A stretch of DNA of 64,000 nt. Source: Zootoca vivipara. Its lineage: Eukaryota. Shown here in pieces: positions 23,190 through 36,267 of the stretch. The position numbers and the translations under genes are program-made. The notes under the pieces were generated by a model. The model saw nothing but the letters and a program-made list of their open reading frames with translations. It did no database searches and was not told the origin of the DNA. Location of the stretch: NCBI RefSeq assembly GCF_963506605.1, contig NC_083277.1, forward strand, positions 6,572,001 through 6,636,000, written 5' to 3'. Positions within the stretch are counted from its first letter, which is position 1. Every line of letters starts with the position of its first letter.

Positions 23190-25195
23190 TCATATGGGTT
23201 CTCCGCTGTATGGATTTTTTGGTGGGAATAAAGGCTGGAGATCTGAAGAAAGCTGCTCCCATACACTGCCCATCGATGTGTGAGTTCTCTGATGAAGATT
23301 GCGATGGGAGCTCTGAGTGAAGCCCTTTCCACACTCCAGGCATTTATAGGGTTTCTCTCCCGTATGAACACGTTGATGTGTTGTGAGAGTTGACTTCTCA
23401 GTGAAGCTTTTTCCGCACTCAGAACATTTATACTGTTTGTCTCCTGTATGAATTCTTTGGTGTCTGCTGAGACAGTTCTTCAGAGTGTAGCTTTTCCCAC
23501 ATTCCAAGCATACAAATGGTTTCTCCCGGGTGTGCATTTTTTGATGAGCAACGAGATCTGCTTCCTGACTGAGGCACTTTCCACATTCCAAGCATTTATG
23601 TTGTGTCTCTGCAGTGTGTGCTTTCTGGTGGTAAATTACACTAGTGCGGTTCCTGAAGCTCTTTCCACACTCTAAGCATTTATACGGTTTCTCCCCAGTG
23701 TGAATTCTGCGATGGTAAGTGAGATGGTGGCTCTGACTGAAGCTCTTCCCACACTGCAAGCATTTATGGGGTTTCTCCCCCGTGTGAATTCTTTTGTGGG
23801 TAGTGAGATTTATCTTCGCAGCGAAGCTTTTCCCACACTCCGAGCATTTAAAGGGTTTCTCACCAGTGTGAGTTCTTTGATGGTCAGCGAGTCTGTCCTT
23901 GCTGCTTAAGCTCTTCCCACACTGCAAGCATTTATACGGCTTCTCCCCCGTGTGAATTCTTTGATGGGTATTGAGATTCATCTTTAAAGTAAAGCTCTTT
24001 CCACATTCCAAACATTTATATGGCTTTTTGCCCGTGTGAATTGTTTGATGAGAAGAAAGGCTAGAATTGTTTATGAAGCTCTTTCCACATTTCAAGCACT
24101 GATATGGCTTCTCCCCGGTGTGAATTCTCTGATGAACAGAGAGTTGTACCTTCCGACTGAAGCTCTTTCCACACTCAAAACATTTATATGGTGTCTCCCC
24201 TGTGTGGATTCTCTGATGGCGAGTGAGAGGGGAAGACTGACTAAAGCCCTTTCCACACTCTAAGCATTTATATGGTTTCTCCCCTGTATGAATTCTTTTG
24301 TGGGAAGAAAGGGTAGAATTGTGTCTGAAGCTCTTTCCACACTCCAAGCATTTATATGGTTTCTCCCCTGTGTGAATTGTCTGATGATGAGTAAGTTTTG
24401 AACGACTAACGAAGCTCTTTCCACATTCCAAATGTTGATATGATTTCTCTCCGGGATGAATGGTTTGATGCCGAATAAGTTTTGAACTACTAATGAAGCT
24501 CTTTCCACATTCCAAGCATTTGTATTCCTCTGTGTGAATTCTCCGATGAGAAGCTAGGCTAGAATTTTCTCTGAAGCTCTTTCCACATTCCAAGCACCGA
24601 TACGGCTTCTCGCCTGTATGAATTCTTTGGTGAATAGTTAGACGTAACTTCTGAGAGAAGCTCTTTCCGCATTCCAAGCATTTATATGGTTTCCCCCCTT
24701 TGTGAATTATCTGATGAGAAGAAAGGGTAAATTTTTCTCTGAAGCCCTTTCCACATTCCAGACACTGATATGGTTTCTCCCCTGTGTGAATTCTTTGGTG
24801 ATAAACGAGTCTTTGCTTGCTACTGAAGCTCCTTCCGCATTCTAGGCATTTATATTGTTTCTCTCCTGTGTGAATTCTCTGGTGGCAAGAAAGGCTATAA
24901 CTGTCTCTGAAACCCTTTCCACACTCAGAGCATTTATATGGTTGCTCCCCTTTGTAGTTTTTGCAGTAGGATTTACACTGGTGTTTTGAACCAAGAGCTT
25001 CCCATTGAACGAGGCAGTTACCACATTGCTTTCTATCATCGGTTGCATGAAAGCCACTGTCATTTCGAAGCTTATTCCTTTTCTTTTCTGCTTCATTTTT
25101 GCTCCTTTGCTCTTCTCGCTTCCTGCATCTGTCTCGGTCCTGGGTCTCTTTTCCATGTAGTTCTTCCTTACTCTTCCTTTCCGATTCATCACATT
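23190..25195 (-). CDS. ZNF gene C, terminal exon: spacer, 20 C2H2 repeats (one with C to H) and frameshift-derived tail
   Basis: Frame is open from acceptor ttcattgcag (25196) to TGA, longer than the ORF track shows; joined CDS 417+82+80+127+2006 = 2712 nt. Confidence 0.92.
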
Positions 25196-26622
25196 CTGCA
25201 ATGAATTGAAAAACTCATCAGAGCCTAAGGAAGAAACAGACCCTTATCTCGCTTAACAGCTTCCATACTTATGATAAAGGTAAAACCGAGTGGATCTAGA
25301 GGGAAGGAAAACCTTTGTACACATTTAACTAGCTCTCCCGACTAGCGGCAGGTGTGCTACAGAGTATTGGTTTCGAACCATAGAAACCTAGGTTCAGCAT
25401 CCAGCTCAGAGATGAATCTCATTGTCTGGTCTTGGGCCAATCACTCTCTCTCAGCCCAACCCAGTTTGAGAACTATGATTCCCAACCCTACTTACTATGC
25501 ATTTTATGAACAATTAGACGTGGGTGGCGCTGTGGTCTAAACCACAGAGCCTAGGGCTTGCCAATCAGAAGGTCGGCGGTTCGAATCCCCGTGACAGGGT
25601 GAGCTCCCGTTGCTCTGTCCCAGCTCCTGCCCACCTAGGAGTTCAAAAGCACGTCAAGTGCAAGTAGATAAGTAGGTACTGCTCTGGCGGGAAGGTAAAC
25701 GGTGTTTCCGTGCTCTGCTCTGGTTCGCCAGAAGCGGCTTAGTCATGCTGGCCACATGACCTGGAAGCTGTATGCCGGCTCCCTCGGCCAGTAAAGCGAG
25801 ATGAATGCCACAACCCCAGAGTTGTCCACGACTGGACTTTACGGTCATGGGTCCCTTTACCTTTACCTAGATTTCGGCTAGGTGCAACCAATTATACTTC
25901 ACGGACCCCCATTTCTCACTAAGTGCAGCTTTGGAATGGGGTACCCTTTTTGAATATGACGCCACGCCTGAAAGAGACCCCTAGACTCTCATCCTTGATA
26001 TTGAAGATATTTGTTGCTTTGCAAGCTTGGACAATCAAAGAAGGGAGCGATGGCAGGGCTTGCACCATTTCCACCAGGGTAACGCCTGGAGAAAAGGCTT
26101 AGCTGTGTTATGCACAGCGGCTCGTCATGGATGCAGGAACAGAAGAGCCTCTATAGCTGGCACTGATGGAGTCAATTATTCTTAGAGTCCTCAGCCCCCT
26201 CTCCAAACCTGTCATCTACAATAGGTTGCTATCAGGCACAACAAAGTGTTGGGGCTGACCTTTAAAGCCCGAAATGGCCTCAGCCCAGTATACCTGAAGG
26301 AGCGTTCCCACCCCCATCGCCCACCCCAGACACTAAGGTCCGGCTCTGAGGGCCTTCTGGTGCTTCCCTCCCTGCGAGAAGTGAGGTTACAGGGAACCAG
26401 GCAGAGGGCCTTCTCGGTGTTGGCTCCCTCCCTCCCCGTGGAACACCCTTCATCAGGTTGTCAAGGAAATAAACAACTCTCTGACTTTCAGAAGACATCT
26501 GAAGGCAGCCCTGTTTAGGGAAGTTTTTAATGTTTGATGTTTTATTGTTTTTTTAATATTCTGTTGGGAGCCACCCAGAGTGGCTGGGAAGGCCTGGCCA
26601 GATGGGCAGGGTATAGATAATA

Positions 26623-26667
<45 letters not shown>

Positions 26668-27818
26668 TACAATGATCTTTCTTCCATACCCTGGTCTATT
26701 CAGCTGTACAAGGGACTTTCTGAGCCTTCTTTCCCAGAAACTTCCTTCCCACCCCATTCTAGGAAATATATATACACAGGTGAAACTCGGAAAATTAGAG
26801 TATCGTCAAAAAGTGCATTTATTTCAGTAATGCAACTCATTATTTTTTATTTTTCTTCTAATTTTTACAAATGCTTCCTTTTGGAAATTCCACAGTAATA
26901 AAACAAATAGTTACAATAATACAAAAATAAACATCGCTATTACATTTCATCAATTACATTTCATTTATAATTGACCCACCTAACGACAAATAAGTACAAT
27001 TACAACAAATAAAGGCTTGACATATCTTGCTTTGCATGTCATGCAACTATCTCATATATTGGTTTCACCTTTTAAGTTTCATTACTGAAAAAAATGCACT
27101 TTTCGACGATATTCTAATTTTCCGAGTTTCACCTGTATATATAAACAAAGAGGGGAGCTCTGGATTTGCCTTCCCAAAGCCCTAAACACAAAAAAAGAGA
27201 CAAGTGACACTTCCATTTGCAAAGGCCATGGTTTAGAAAGGCAAAAGTGGAAGATTCAGAGAGAATACGACAGGAACGTGCTTATTCAAGGTTAATTGCA
27301 GAGGGTTAAGAAGCTCAGGAGTGCCATTGTTGACCCACCTTGGCAAATTGGATTTCATTCCATAAAGAAATAAAGGCAAAGGCAAAGGACCGCTGGACAG
27401 TTAAGTCCAGTCAAAGGTGACTATGGGGTTGTAGCACTCATCTCGCTTTCCGGCCGAGGAAGCCAGTGTTTGTCCACAGACAACTTTCTGGGTCACGTGG
27501 CCAGCATGACTAAACCGTTTCTGGCACAACAGAACACTGTGACTGAAACCAGAGCACACGGAAATGCCATTTTCTTTCCTGCTGCAGCGGTACCTATTTA
27601 TCTACTTGTGCCGGCGTGCTTTCGAACTGTTGGCTGGCAGGAGCAGGGACTGAGCAACAGGAGCTCACTCCGTCGCAGGGATTCAAACCACCGACCTTCT
27701 GATCGGCAAGCCCTAGAGGCTCAGTGGTTTAGACCACAGCGCCACCCGCACCCTGTTCATTCCATAAAGAAAAACTGGCTCATGAAGCATATATTAAGAT
27801 CCAAGAGGGAGCCCTCAC

Positions 27819-27945
27819 CGAGAGATGCCAGGATCGCAACACTCTCCTCCATGACTTCGTTATGCAGAGCCCTCTGGTCAGGATCCAGCAAGGCCCACTC
27901 CCCTTCGGTGAACCACACAGCCACGTCCTCAAAAGATATTGGACC
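27819..27945 (-). CDS. ZNF gene C, KRAB-A exon
   Basis: 127 bp, [42 protein letters not shown]. Confidence 0.9.
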
Positions 27946-29780
27946 CTGAAAGAAAAAGAAAACATTTTCTCCTCGTAGGTAATACAGTGTTCAAAATTCG
28001 CCGGGCGCATTTGGCACCTGGCTACTGGCCACTTGCGACCAAGTGAAGATGCCTGGGTGCCAGGATGGCACCTTACATTGCCCCATCTGGAGATGCAAGC
28101 CTGGGGCTCCTTGGATATTGACTGTTTTCACACACTAACAACACACCCTGTAGAATTCTACCCGTGATATTTTATCTGCACAATCTGAACAGATTTCAGC
28201 AACCAAAAGGTCGTATTTAAAAATACAACCTTTGAACCGTCTGCCCCAAAATGGCAACCAGACATTCCGTTTTGGCCACCATTTGGCACCTAGCTTACAT
28301 ATCCGAGTTTATAATGCCGCTACATAGAAAAGTTTATTATTATTGTTGTTTTGAGTTTCTCTTTTATTTATTTATACTTCAAGTTTATACATTTCACTAA
28401 TTTTATACATTTCATTGATTTTACAATCACTTTGACATTTCAAAACCAAAGGTGTCATGGGCTTTGAAGACACTCGATCTCAGGACGCAAGGGAGAAACG
28501 TGCTAAGAGGAAGGCACGCTTGGCAAATCCACACCGTGATCGACTCCTGCCTGGAAACCTATGTCCCAACTGTTGGAAGGATGTGTGGATCCAGAATTGG
28601 CCTCCACAGTCACTTATGGACTCATTGCCCAAAGTTGTCGAGCTTTTTGCGGGGGAGACAAAACAGAAAAATCCCTGTGGGTCTTGCCATCTCCTTCCCT
28701 CTTCCCCCCTCCCATCCCGTGCGCCAGGATGCGCTCCCCAGCTAGCGGGCTGGCTGGCTCGCTCTCGGCCTATTGCGATGGGGAAGATGGAGCAGCCCTG
28801 AGGCTAGATGAGAGGCGGCGGCCAGGAGGAGAGGGAGAACACCCCACCCAGCTGGCTGACTGCCTGCACCCTGCCTGTGATCCTGGCGTGGTCTTCACCA
28901 TCTTCCTCCCTCCCTCCCTCCGGCAACATTGCAAAGGGGTGAGGCTGGGTTGGGCCAGGCACACAGGAAAGCGGCAGGCACAAGTGCCCTCCTAGCCCAG
29001 GCACGTCGGGCCCATGGGAGGTGGGGGGCCTGCGGAGGATTGGAGCGGTGGGGGGGGGAGCGGTGGAAGAAGAAGAGTTTGGATTTGATATCCCGCTTTA
29101 TCACTACCCGAAGGAGTCTCAAAGCGGCTAACATTCTCCTTTCCCTTCCTCCCCCACAACAAACACTCTGTGCGGTGAGTGAGGCTGAGAGACTTCAGAG
29201 AAGTGTGACTAGCCCAAGGTCACCCAGCAGCTGCATGTGGAGGAGCGGGGAAGCGAACCCGGTTCACCAGATTACGAGTCCACCGCTCTTAACCACTACA
29301 CCACACTGGAGGGGAATGGGTGAGGCCTGGCTCAGAGTGGGGAGCTGGGAACTATCATGCAGCACCAAAACAGGGCAGGAAAAAAAATCACAAGGAGGGT
29401 CAAATAACGAACGCTGTTGCGCCCAATCAGAAACAGTCACTGCCACAGCCAATTGAAAAACGGACCAATTGCCTAACACAATCACAGGCTACTGACCAAA
29501 ATTTTTTAAAAAGGTTCTGGGTTTAAGCAGCAGACGCACACAGTTGTGTGAGGAGGAGCGGGAGCACAAATAGAAAAAACAACAAAACGACAGTGCGGGT
29601 GGGCTAATGGCGTGCATGCCAGCAGTGAGGGCTCCGCATGCCCACTCTGGCACATGTGCCATAGGTTCTCCACCACTGGTATATACCAACCAGCTTCACC
29701 CATTCTTACATCTGGTCCCACCCACCCACAGACGAGAATGCAGCCCCCACTCTGAAGAAGTTTCCCCACTCCTGCCCTAC

Positions 29781-29860
29781 CTGATCTGGTGCTACAGCAG
29801 CTCCTTCTCCTCCCCCAGGAAGAGATGCCTGAGTAGATCTTCTCAGCATCATCCCATCAC
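29781..29860 (-). CDS. ZNF gene C, linker exon 3
   Basis: 80 bp, phase 1 to 0, (G)DGMMLRRSTQASLPGGGEGAAVAPDQ. Confidence 0.8.
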
Positions 29861-29959
29861 CTGTGAGAGACAAAGGTTGTATGAAAGCATGTCTAAGCAT
29901 ACATGAGCATTGGCAGACATTCTTCTCTGTTATGGAGGGAATGAATAAAACTTTGTTGC

Positions 29960-30003
<44 letters not shown>

Positions 30004-31214
30004 TTATTATTTATTCCCCAGCCACTCTGGGCAGCTCCCAACAGAATATTAAAACATCAAACATTAAAAACGTCCCAATACAGGGCTGCCTTCAGATGTC
30101 TTCTAAAAATACAGTGGTAACTCGGTTTACGAACTTAATCCGTTCCAGAAGTCATTCTTAAACTGAGCCACGCTTTCTCTAATGAGGCCTCCCGCCGCCA
30201 GTGCCCTTCCACCATTCAGATTCTGTTCTTAGACCGAGGTAAAGTTAGAAAACTGGGACAATACTTTGGGTTTTGCGGAGCTTGTAAACTGAATCGCTCT
30301 TAAACAGGACTGTTTTTAAACTGAGATACTACTGTAGTTTAAAAACGGTCCTGTTTAAGAGGACTGATTCTATAAGGGGTGATATGATAGCCATGTTCAA
30401 ATATATAAAAGGATGTCATATAGAGGAGGGAGAAGAGTTGTTTTCTGCTGCTCCAGAGAAGCGGACACAGAGCAATGGATTCAAACTACAAGAAAGAAGA
30501 TTCCACCTAAACATTAGGAAGAACTTCCTGACAGTAAGAGCTGTTCGGCCGCGGAATTTGCTGCCAAGGAGTGTGGTGGAGTCTCCTTCTTTGGAGGTCT
30601 TTAAGCAGAGGCTTGACAGCCATCTGTCAGGAATGCTTTGGTGGTGTTTCCTGCTTGGCAGGGGGTTGGACTGGGTGGCCCTTGTGGTCTCTTCCAACTC
30701 TTTGATTCTATGACTGTAGTTAGGGACGCAGGTGGCGCTGTGGGTTAAACCACAGAGCCTAGGGCTTGCCGATCAGAAGGTTGATGGTTCGAATCCCCAC
30801 GAGACGGAGCTCCCGTTGCTCGGTCCCTGCTCCTGCCAACCTAGCAGTTCGAAAGCACGTCAAAGTGCAAGTACTGTAGATAAATAGGTACCACTCCGGT
30901 GGGAAGGTAAATGGTGTTTCTGTGTGCTGCTCTGGTTCGCCAGAAGAGGCTTAGTCATGCTGGCCACATGACCTAGAAGCTGTACGCCGGCTCCCACAGC
31001 CAATAACGCGAGACGAGCGCCGCAACCCCAGAGTCGGTCACGACTGGACCCCCTAATGGTCAGGGGTCCCTTTACCTTTACTTACCACTGTAGTTGTTTA
31101 TTTCCTGCACACACACTGAACTCTCTTCCCTCACCAGATCAAAAAAAGGCCACGGATCCCTTTCAAAAACCAACAGAGGGAGACCATATGGAGACACAGC
31201 CGATGGATCCTTAC

Positions 31215-31296
31215 CCAGTGGCTTCTCTCTGACATCCAACCGAGATCTCTCTGCGTCAGGGAAATCACTTCTCATTTCCACAAGCAGACCCTTTAC
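31215..31296 (-). CDS. ZNF gene C, linker exon 2
   Basis: 82 bp, VKGLLVEMRSDFPDAERSRLDVREKPL, donor GTAAG. Confidence 0.8.
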
Positions 31297-31786
31297 CTGA
31301 AACAGCGGTGAGGATTGGAGGACATTGAAGGGGGAGATGTATTAGAAAACAGAATGACACAGGGGAAAACCTGAGCAGTACTTGGAATATTTTCCAGAGA
31401 ACGTTGGTGAATGAAAATAGAGGCTTTTTTGGGGTGCCCTCCCTCCCTTTCTTTTTTTGGAAATAATTTTCATTTGGTTTTACAAATATAAAATCATAAC
31501 AATACAAAATACATATCCATATTTAGAGATTCCTCCGAATCTCTGGACTTCCCACCTTCCCCTCTATAGGCCCTGATGTCAACCTTTTCAACTGCATACT
31601 GTATTAGTAATCCATATTTTAAGTCACTCCATTTTGTCCGTAACATTGCCCTCCATCTCTTTCAGAGGCTGTTGGGACTATCTGGACCAGGAGTAGCCAA
31701 TATTCCCCCTCAACGTTGCTCAGGGGCGAGGAGAGATTTAGTTCAAAAACACCTGAAGGCATCACAAGATCTTGAGATGCTCTCAC

Positions 31787-32203
31787 CTGCTGCTCTTCCT
31801 GCTTCTGGTCCTCTGCCTGACTCAGGAGGAAACCTTCTGCCAGGGCCACCGCCTGGGAACTGGTCTCTGCTCTGCATTCCCTCACCCAGTTCTCTGTCTC
31901 TGGGGGCAGGACAGCCAGGAACTGCTCCAGGACCACCAGGTCCAGGATCTGAGCCTTGGTGTGTCGCTCCGGCTTCAGCCACTGACGGCAAAGGCGGTGG
32001 AGTCGGCTGCAAACCTCTCTGGGTCCTTCGGCCTCCTGGTAGCAGAAATGCCTGAATCTCTGGCGCTGTGCATCTGAGCTGAGGGCGTCCTCTTTACCCA
32101 GGATCCCCTGTGCGTTTCTTTCCCAGAATCCCTCACTGCTCTCGCTTTTGATGGGATCGGTGCCTCTTCCTGTTTCAGCAGCACCCGTCTCTTGCTCTTC
32201 CAT
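31787..32203 (-). CDS. ZNF gene C, SCAN-domain exon
   Basis: MEEQE start, [53 protein letters not shown] motif, donor CAG|GTGAG. Confidence 0.92.
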
Positions 32204-35139
32204 CTTTCACCTGCATAAAACCTACGTTGTTGATTAAAGCTTATTTCTCCCTTTGATTTGCCGTATTTGTCCCTTTCTTATCAGCCTGGGAAAACACACA
32301 TGACACTTCTCCAAGCCCGCCAGCTGCATTCCACCCTTACATTCATGGATCATGCGAGACGGTAATCCTCCATGGTTCCTTTTATTTCCAATTAATTTTT
32401 AATTAATTTTCCAAATTCTAAAGAAAATCAACAACAAATTAATTTTGAATTTAACACCAATTTAGCAATTGACTTTCCACGCCCCCCCCCAAAATAGGCT
32501 TCTTTTCCCTCCTTCCTTTGCTGCTCGTAGTAAAACACTTTTTCTTAATTTCTAATATTTTCCCATCCGTTCCCTTTTCCACCGCTCTGCATGTCCCAGT
32601 CTTGTTTGGACATTTACCTGACATTTCCCCAGCAAATCAAATCAATCTTCCTTTCTCGATCCATATAAATCATAATTTTAAATCGTGTTTCCTTCAATCG
32701 TGTTTCCTTCCTGTCTTTATTAAAGGTAAAGGTAAAGGGGCCCCTGACCATCAGGTCCAGTCATGTCCGACTCTGGGGTTGCGGCGCTCATCTCGCTCTA
32801 TAGGCCGAGGGAGCCGGCGTTTGTCCGCAGACAGCTTCCGGGTCATGTGGCCAGCATGACAAAGCTGCTTCTGGCGAACCAGAGCAGCGCACGGAAACGC
32901 CGTTTACCTTCCCGCCAGAGCGGTCCCTATTTATCTACTTGCACTTTGATGTGCTTTCAAACTGCTAGGTTGGCAGGAGCTGGGACCGAGCAACGGGCGC
33001 TCACCCCGTTGCAGGGATTCGAACCGCCGACCTTCTGATCAGCAAGCCCTAGACTCTGTGCTTTAACCCACAGCGCCACCTGGGTCCCTCCTGTCTTTAT
33101 TATCTATGCTGTTTCTAAGCCCCACTTTAACCCTACACATGCTGGACAGAAACATTCCCATAAGGAGGCGGCCCCAGGAAAACACTACAATAGGGGAGGA
33201 AGGCAGCCTGGGTCGACACAGGATCCACTGGATCCCCAGCCTCTCCCACTCAGGCTGACCCACCGGCTCTTCTTACATGGCATTGGCCCCGATAGATCAA
33301 GGCTAGCATGGTCCAGAGCAGGCTTTTGCCCTTTGCCCTCCTCGCCCCACATCCCATCAACGATGGAAGGAATAGCCCAGTGATTAGGGCACGAGGCACT
33401 TATCAAGGAGATAAACAACTACCTGGAGGGACCCAGGTGGCGCTGTGGTTAAACCACTGAGCCTAGGGCTTGCTGATCAGAAGGTCAGCGGTTCGAATCC
33501 CTGTGACGGGGTGAGCTCCCATTGCTTGGTCCTAGCTCCTGCCAACCTAGCAGTTCGAAAGCACGTCAAAATGCAAGTAGATAAATAGGTACTGCTCTGG
33601 CAGGAAGGTAAACGACGTTTCTATGTGCTGCTCTGGTTTGCCAGAAGTGGCTTTGTCATGCTGGCCACATGACCTGGAAGCTGTACGGCAGCTCCCTCGG
33701 CCAATAATGCGAGATGAGCGCGCAACCCCAGAGTCGGTCACGACTGGACCTAATGGTCAGGGGTTCCTTTACCTTTACCTAAACAACTACCTGACATTTA
33801 GAAAACACCTAAAGGCAGCCCTGTTTAGGGAAGTTTTTAATCTGTGATATTTTAATGTATTTTGGTTATTTGTTGGAAGCCGCCCAGAGTGGCGGGGGAA
33901 ACCCAGCCAGATGGACGGGGTATAAATAATAAATAATAATAATAATCTCAGGTTCGTGGGTTTGAGCCCCATGTTGGGCAAGTTCCCTGCATTGCAGGGG
34001 GTTGAGCTAGATGGGGTCCCTTCCAACTAGGGCTGCCACCTTTGCTCTGGCAAAATACAGGACAGGATGGCAGCAGGCAGGCAGGAGCAAGGGGTATTGG
34101 GGCGATTTTATTTTCCACCTGGGGCTGAAAGAACTTCAAAACAATCCATTACAATTCTCATCCATATGGCTAACTTGATGCAACAATTAGTTTTCATTTC
34201 ATTTTTTCCCCTTGGCAGTGAGAGGGGTTGGGGGGGCAGCATGGTTTGTTGTCCTTAATTGACCATGCCCCCCCAAACCCTCTCTCACACTGCCAAGGAA
34301 AAATAATGAAATGAAATCTAATAAATAAACAGAAAGAGAATCCACCCAAGAGACACTGACACAAAAACCTCACATATAGGTGAACCTCGGAAAATTAGAA
34401 CATCATCGAAAAGTGCATTTATCTCAGTAAGGCAACTTATATATTTTTTTATTTTTATTTTTACAAATGCTTTCTTTTGGAAATTCCACAGTAATTAAAC
34501 AAATAGTTACAATAATACAAAAATAAACAAAAATAAACATCGCTATCACATTTCATTAATTACATTCCATTTATAATTGACCTGCCTAATGGCAAATAAT
34601 TACAATTACAACAATTAAAGGCTTGACATATCCTGCTTTGCATGTCATGCATATATCTCATATATTGGTTTCACCTTTTAAGTTGCATTACTGAAATAAA
34701 TGCACTTTTCGACAATATTCTAATTTTCCGAGTTTTACCTGTATTCGTTTCAGGCCCTCCCCTCCACGGGTTCCTTAAATAACTTTTTAAACTGCATATT
34801 ATAAGTCCATCTAATTTACAATCCTGGGTTGTAACCAAAATCTGTGTAACATTGCAAGAGTTATTTTAAACCTGCCAAACCCCATCACCACCTTTTCCCG
34901 GTGCTTCCAGCTTTCTTGTTGCCCAAGTTCAGGGGTGACAAATGTCTCTCCTTCCACACTGATGAAACCTGAGCATTTGTTGTAACTGTAATTATTTGTC
35001 ATTAGCTGGGTCAATTATAAATGGAATGGAATTAATGAAATGTAATAGCGATGTTTATTTTTGTATTATTGTAACTATCTGTTTTTATTACTGCGGAATT
35101 TCCAAAAGAAAGCATTTGTAAAAATTACAAGCCCTTCCC

Positions 35140-35776
35140 TCCCGCATCTCCCCTCCCAGCTCACCTAAGCAGACCACCCACGTTGACCCATTGTTCTGCA
35201 CCTGAGAAGGCTACCCCCCCATCCCACGCATTGGTCTCCATGGCAACCTCTTTGCGCTTGCAGATCCGAGGCCATTCACAGGCAGGGCCTTCACAAAGGA
35301 ACCGGTCGGGCTGGTTTCCTCTTGCATGCCTCCCACCTTCACGGATGCAGGGTTGCAAGGTCTGGAAGCGGCCCGCAACGACACCCCTAAAAGCCTTCCT
35401 AACAATGCAACCCGCTCAGCTCCCGCCGGAGCCTCGCGCCTTCGTTTTCACGTGTGAAGGCGCGCACGCGTGTCGTCGCACACCGGTGCCCGACTGACGG
35501 GGGCGTAAATTATAACTTGATAGTGCAGCTCAGCCCTGCAGACCGGCTTTGAAATCCCCGCCTCCCTATGGCTGTGCTGATAAGAAGAAATCAAGGCGCT
35601 CCGCTCCCTGACCTGGGTGTGGGGTTGTTTATTTTTTGGGGGGGATGTCCCCAAGATAGTTTACTGTATCTGCAGAGGCACCCTCTCCACTGCCCAGGGA
35701 AACCCCTTCGACCCAAATCAGGGACACTCACCAGGTTCAGATGGATGCTGATGCAGAGCTCGGGTCGGACAAAGAC
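35140..35776 (-). promoter_or_regulatory. CpG-rich putative 5' region of gene C
   Basis: CpG enrichment, RFX-type X-box gtctccatggcaac 35234-35247, E-box cacgtg 35449, candidate minus-strand donors at 35165 and 35732. Confidence 0.4.
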
Positions 35777-36130
35777 TCCTGCTTGGTAGGGGGTTGGACT
35801 GGATGGCCCTTGTGGTCTCTTCCAACTCTATGATTCTATGACTGGAAAGAGAAGTTGCTGAATTGCAACTTATCACCAAGCTCAAAACCATGGAGGGACC
35901 TGGTTTGAACAGAGATATCGGGTTCTTATCTCATTATACATGATAAGCGATCTTCAGCCATCTCAACCCTTGCTTTTTCATGCAAAACCATTTGCAGTCG
36001 TTTGCGGTCATCAACAGCTATCAGTCAGTCAATCACCCATTTCCACCACCCTTCTGAGTGATCCCCCCTCCCCATCCCCACCCCTCCCCACCCCTTCTCT
36101 ACATAAGTGCCTGGAAACTTCCATTTCACT

Positions 36131-36168
36131 GTATCTGAAGAAGTGTGCATGCACACGAAAGCTCATAC
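36131..36168 (+). ncRNA. Minimal type I hammerhead ribozyme motif in 5' pseudo-LTR
   Basis: gtat-CTGAAGA-a-gtgtgc.at.gcacac-GAAA-gc-TC-atac: core boxes, stems I and II, vestigial palindromic stem III (AGCT). Confidence 0.85.
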
Positions 36169-36267
36169 CAAAATAAAAACTTAGTTGGTCTTTAAGGTGC
36201 TACTGAAGGAATTTTTTTATTTTACTTCGATCCAGACCAACACGGCTACCTACCTGTAACCAGAACT

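Noticed and set aside
23190-24930. Regular 84-bp periodic repeats resembling an array
   Set aside because: C2H2 finger coding repeats, not CRISPR; eukaryotic context and no cas genes.
29400-29490. Several CCAAT-like boxes in a gene C intron
   Set aside because: Probably inside an old DNA-transposon remnant (hAT-like end near 29677); no other promoter evidence.
35940-36176. Identical 78-aa ORFs here and at 38970-39206
   Set aside because: Pseudo-LTR duplication of the element's 3' region; no real ATG start.
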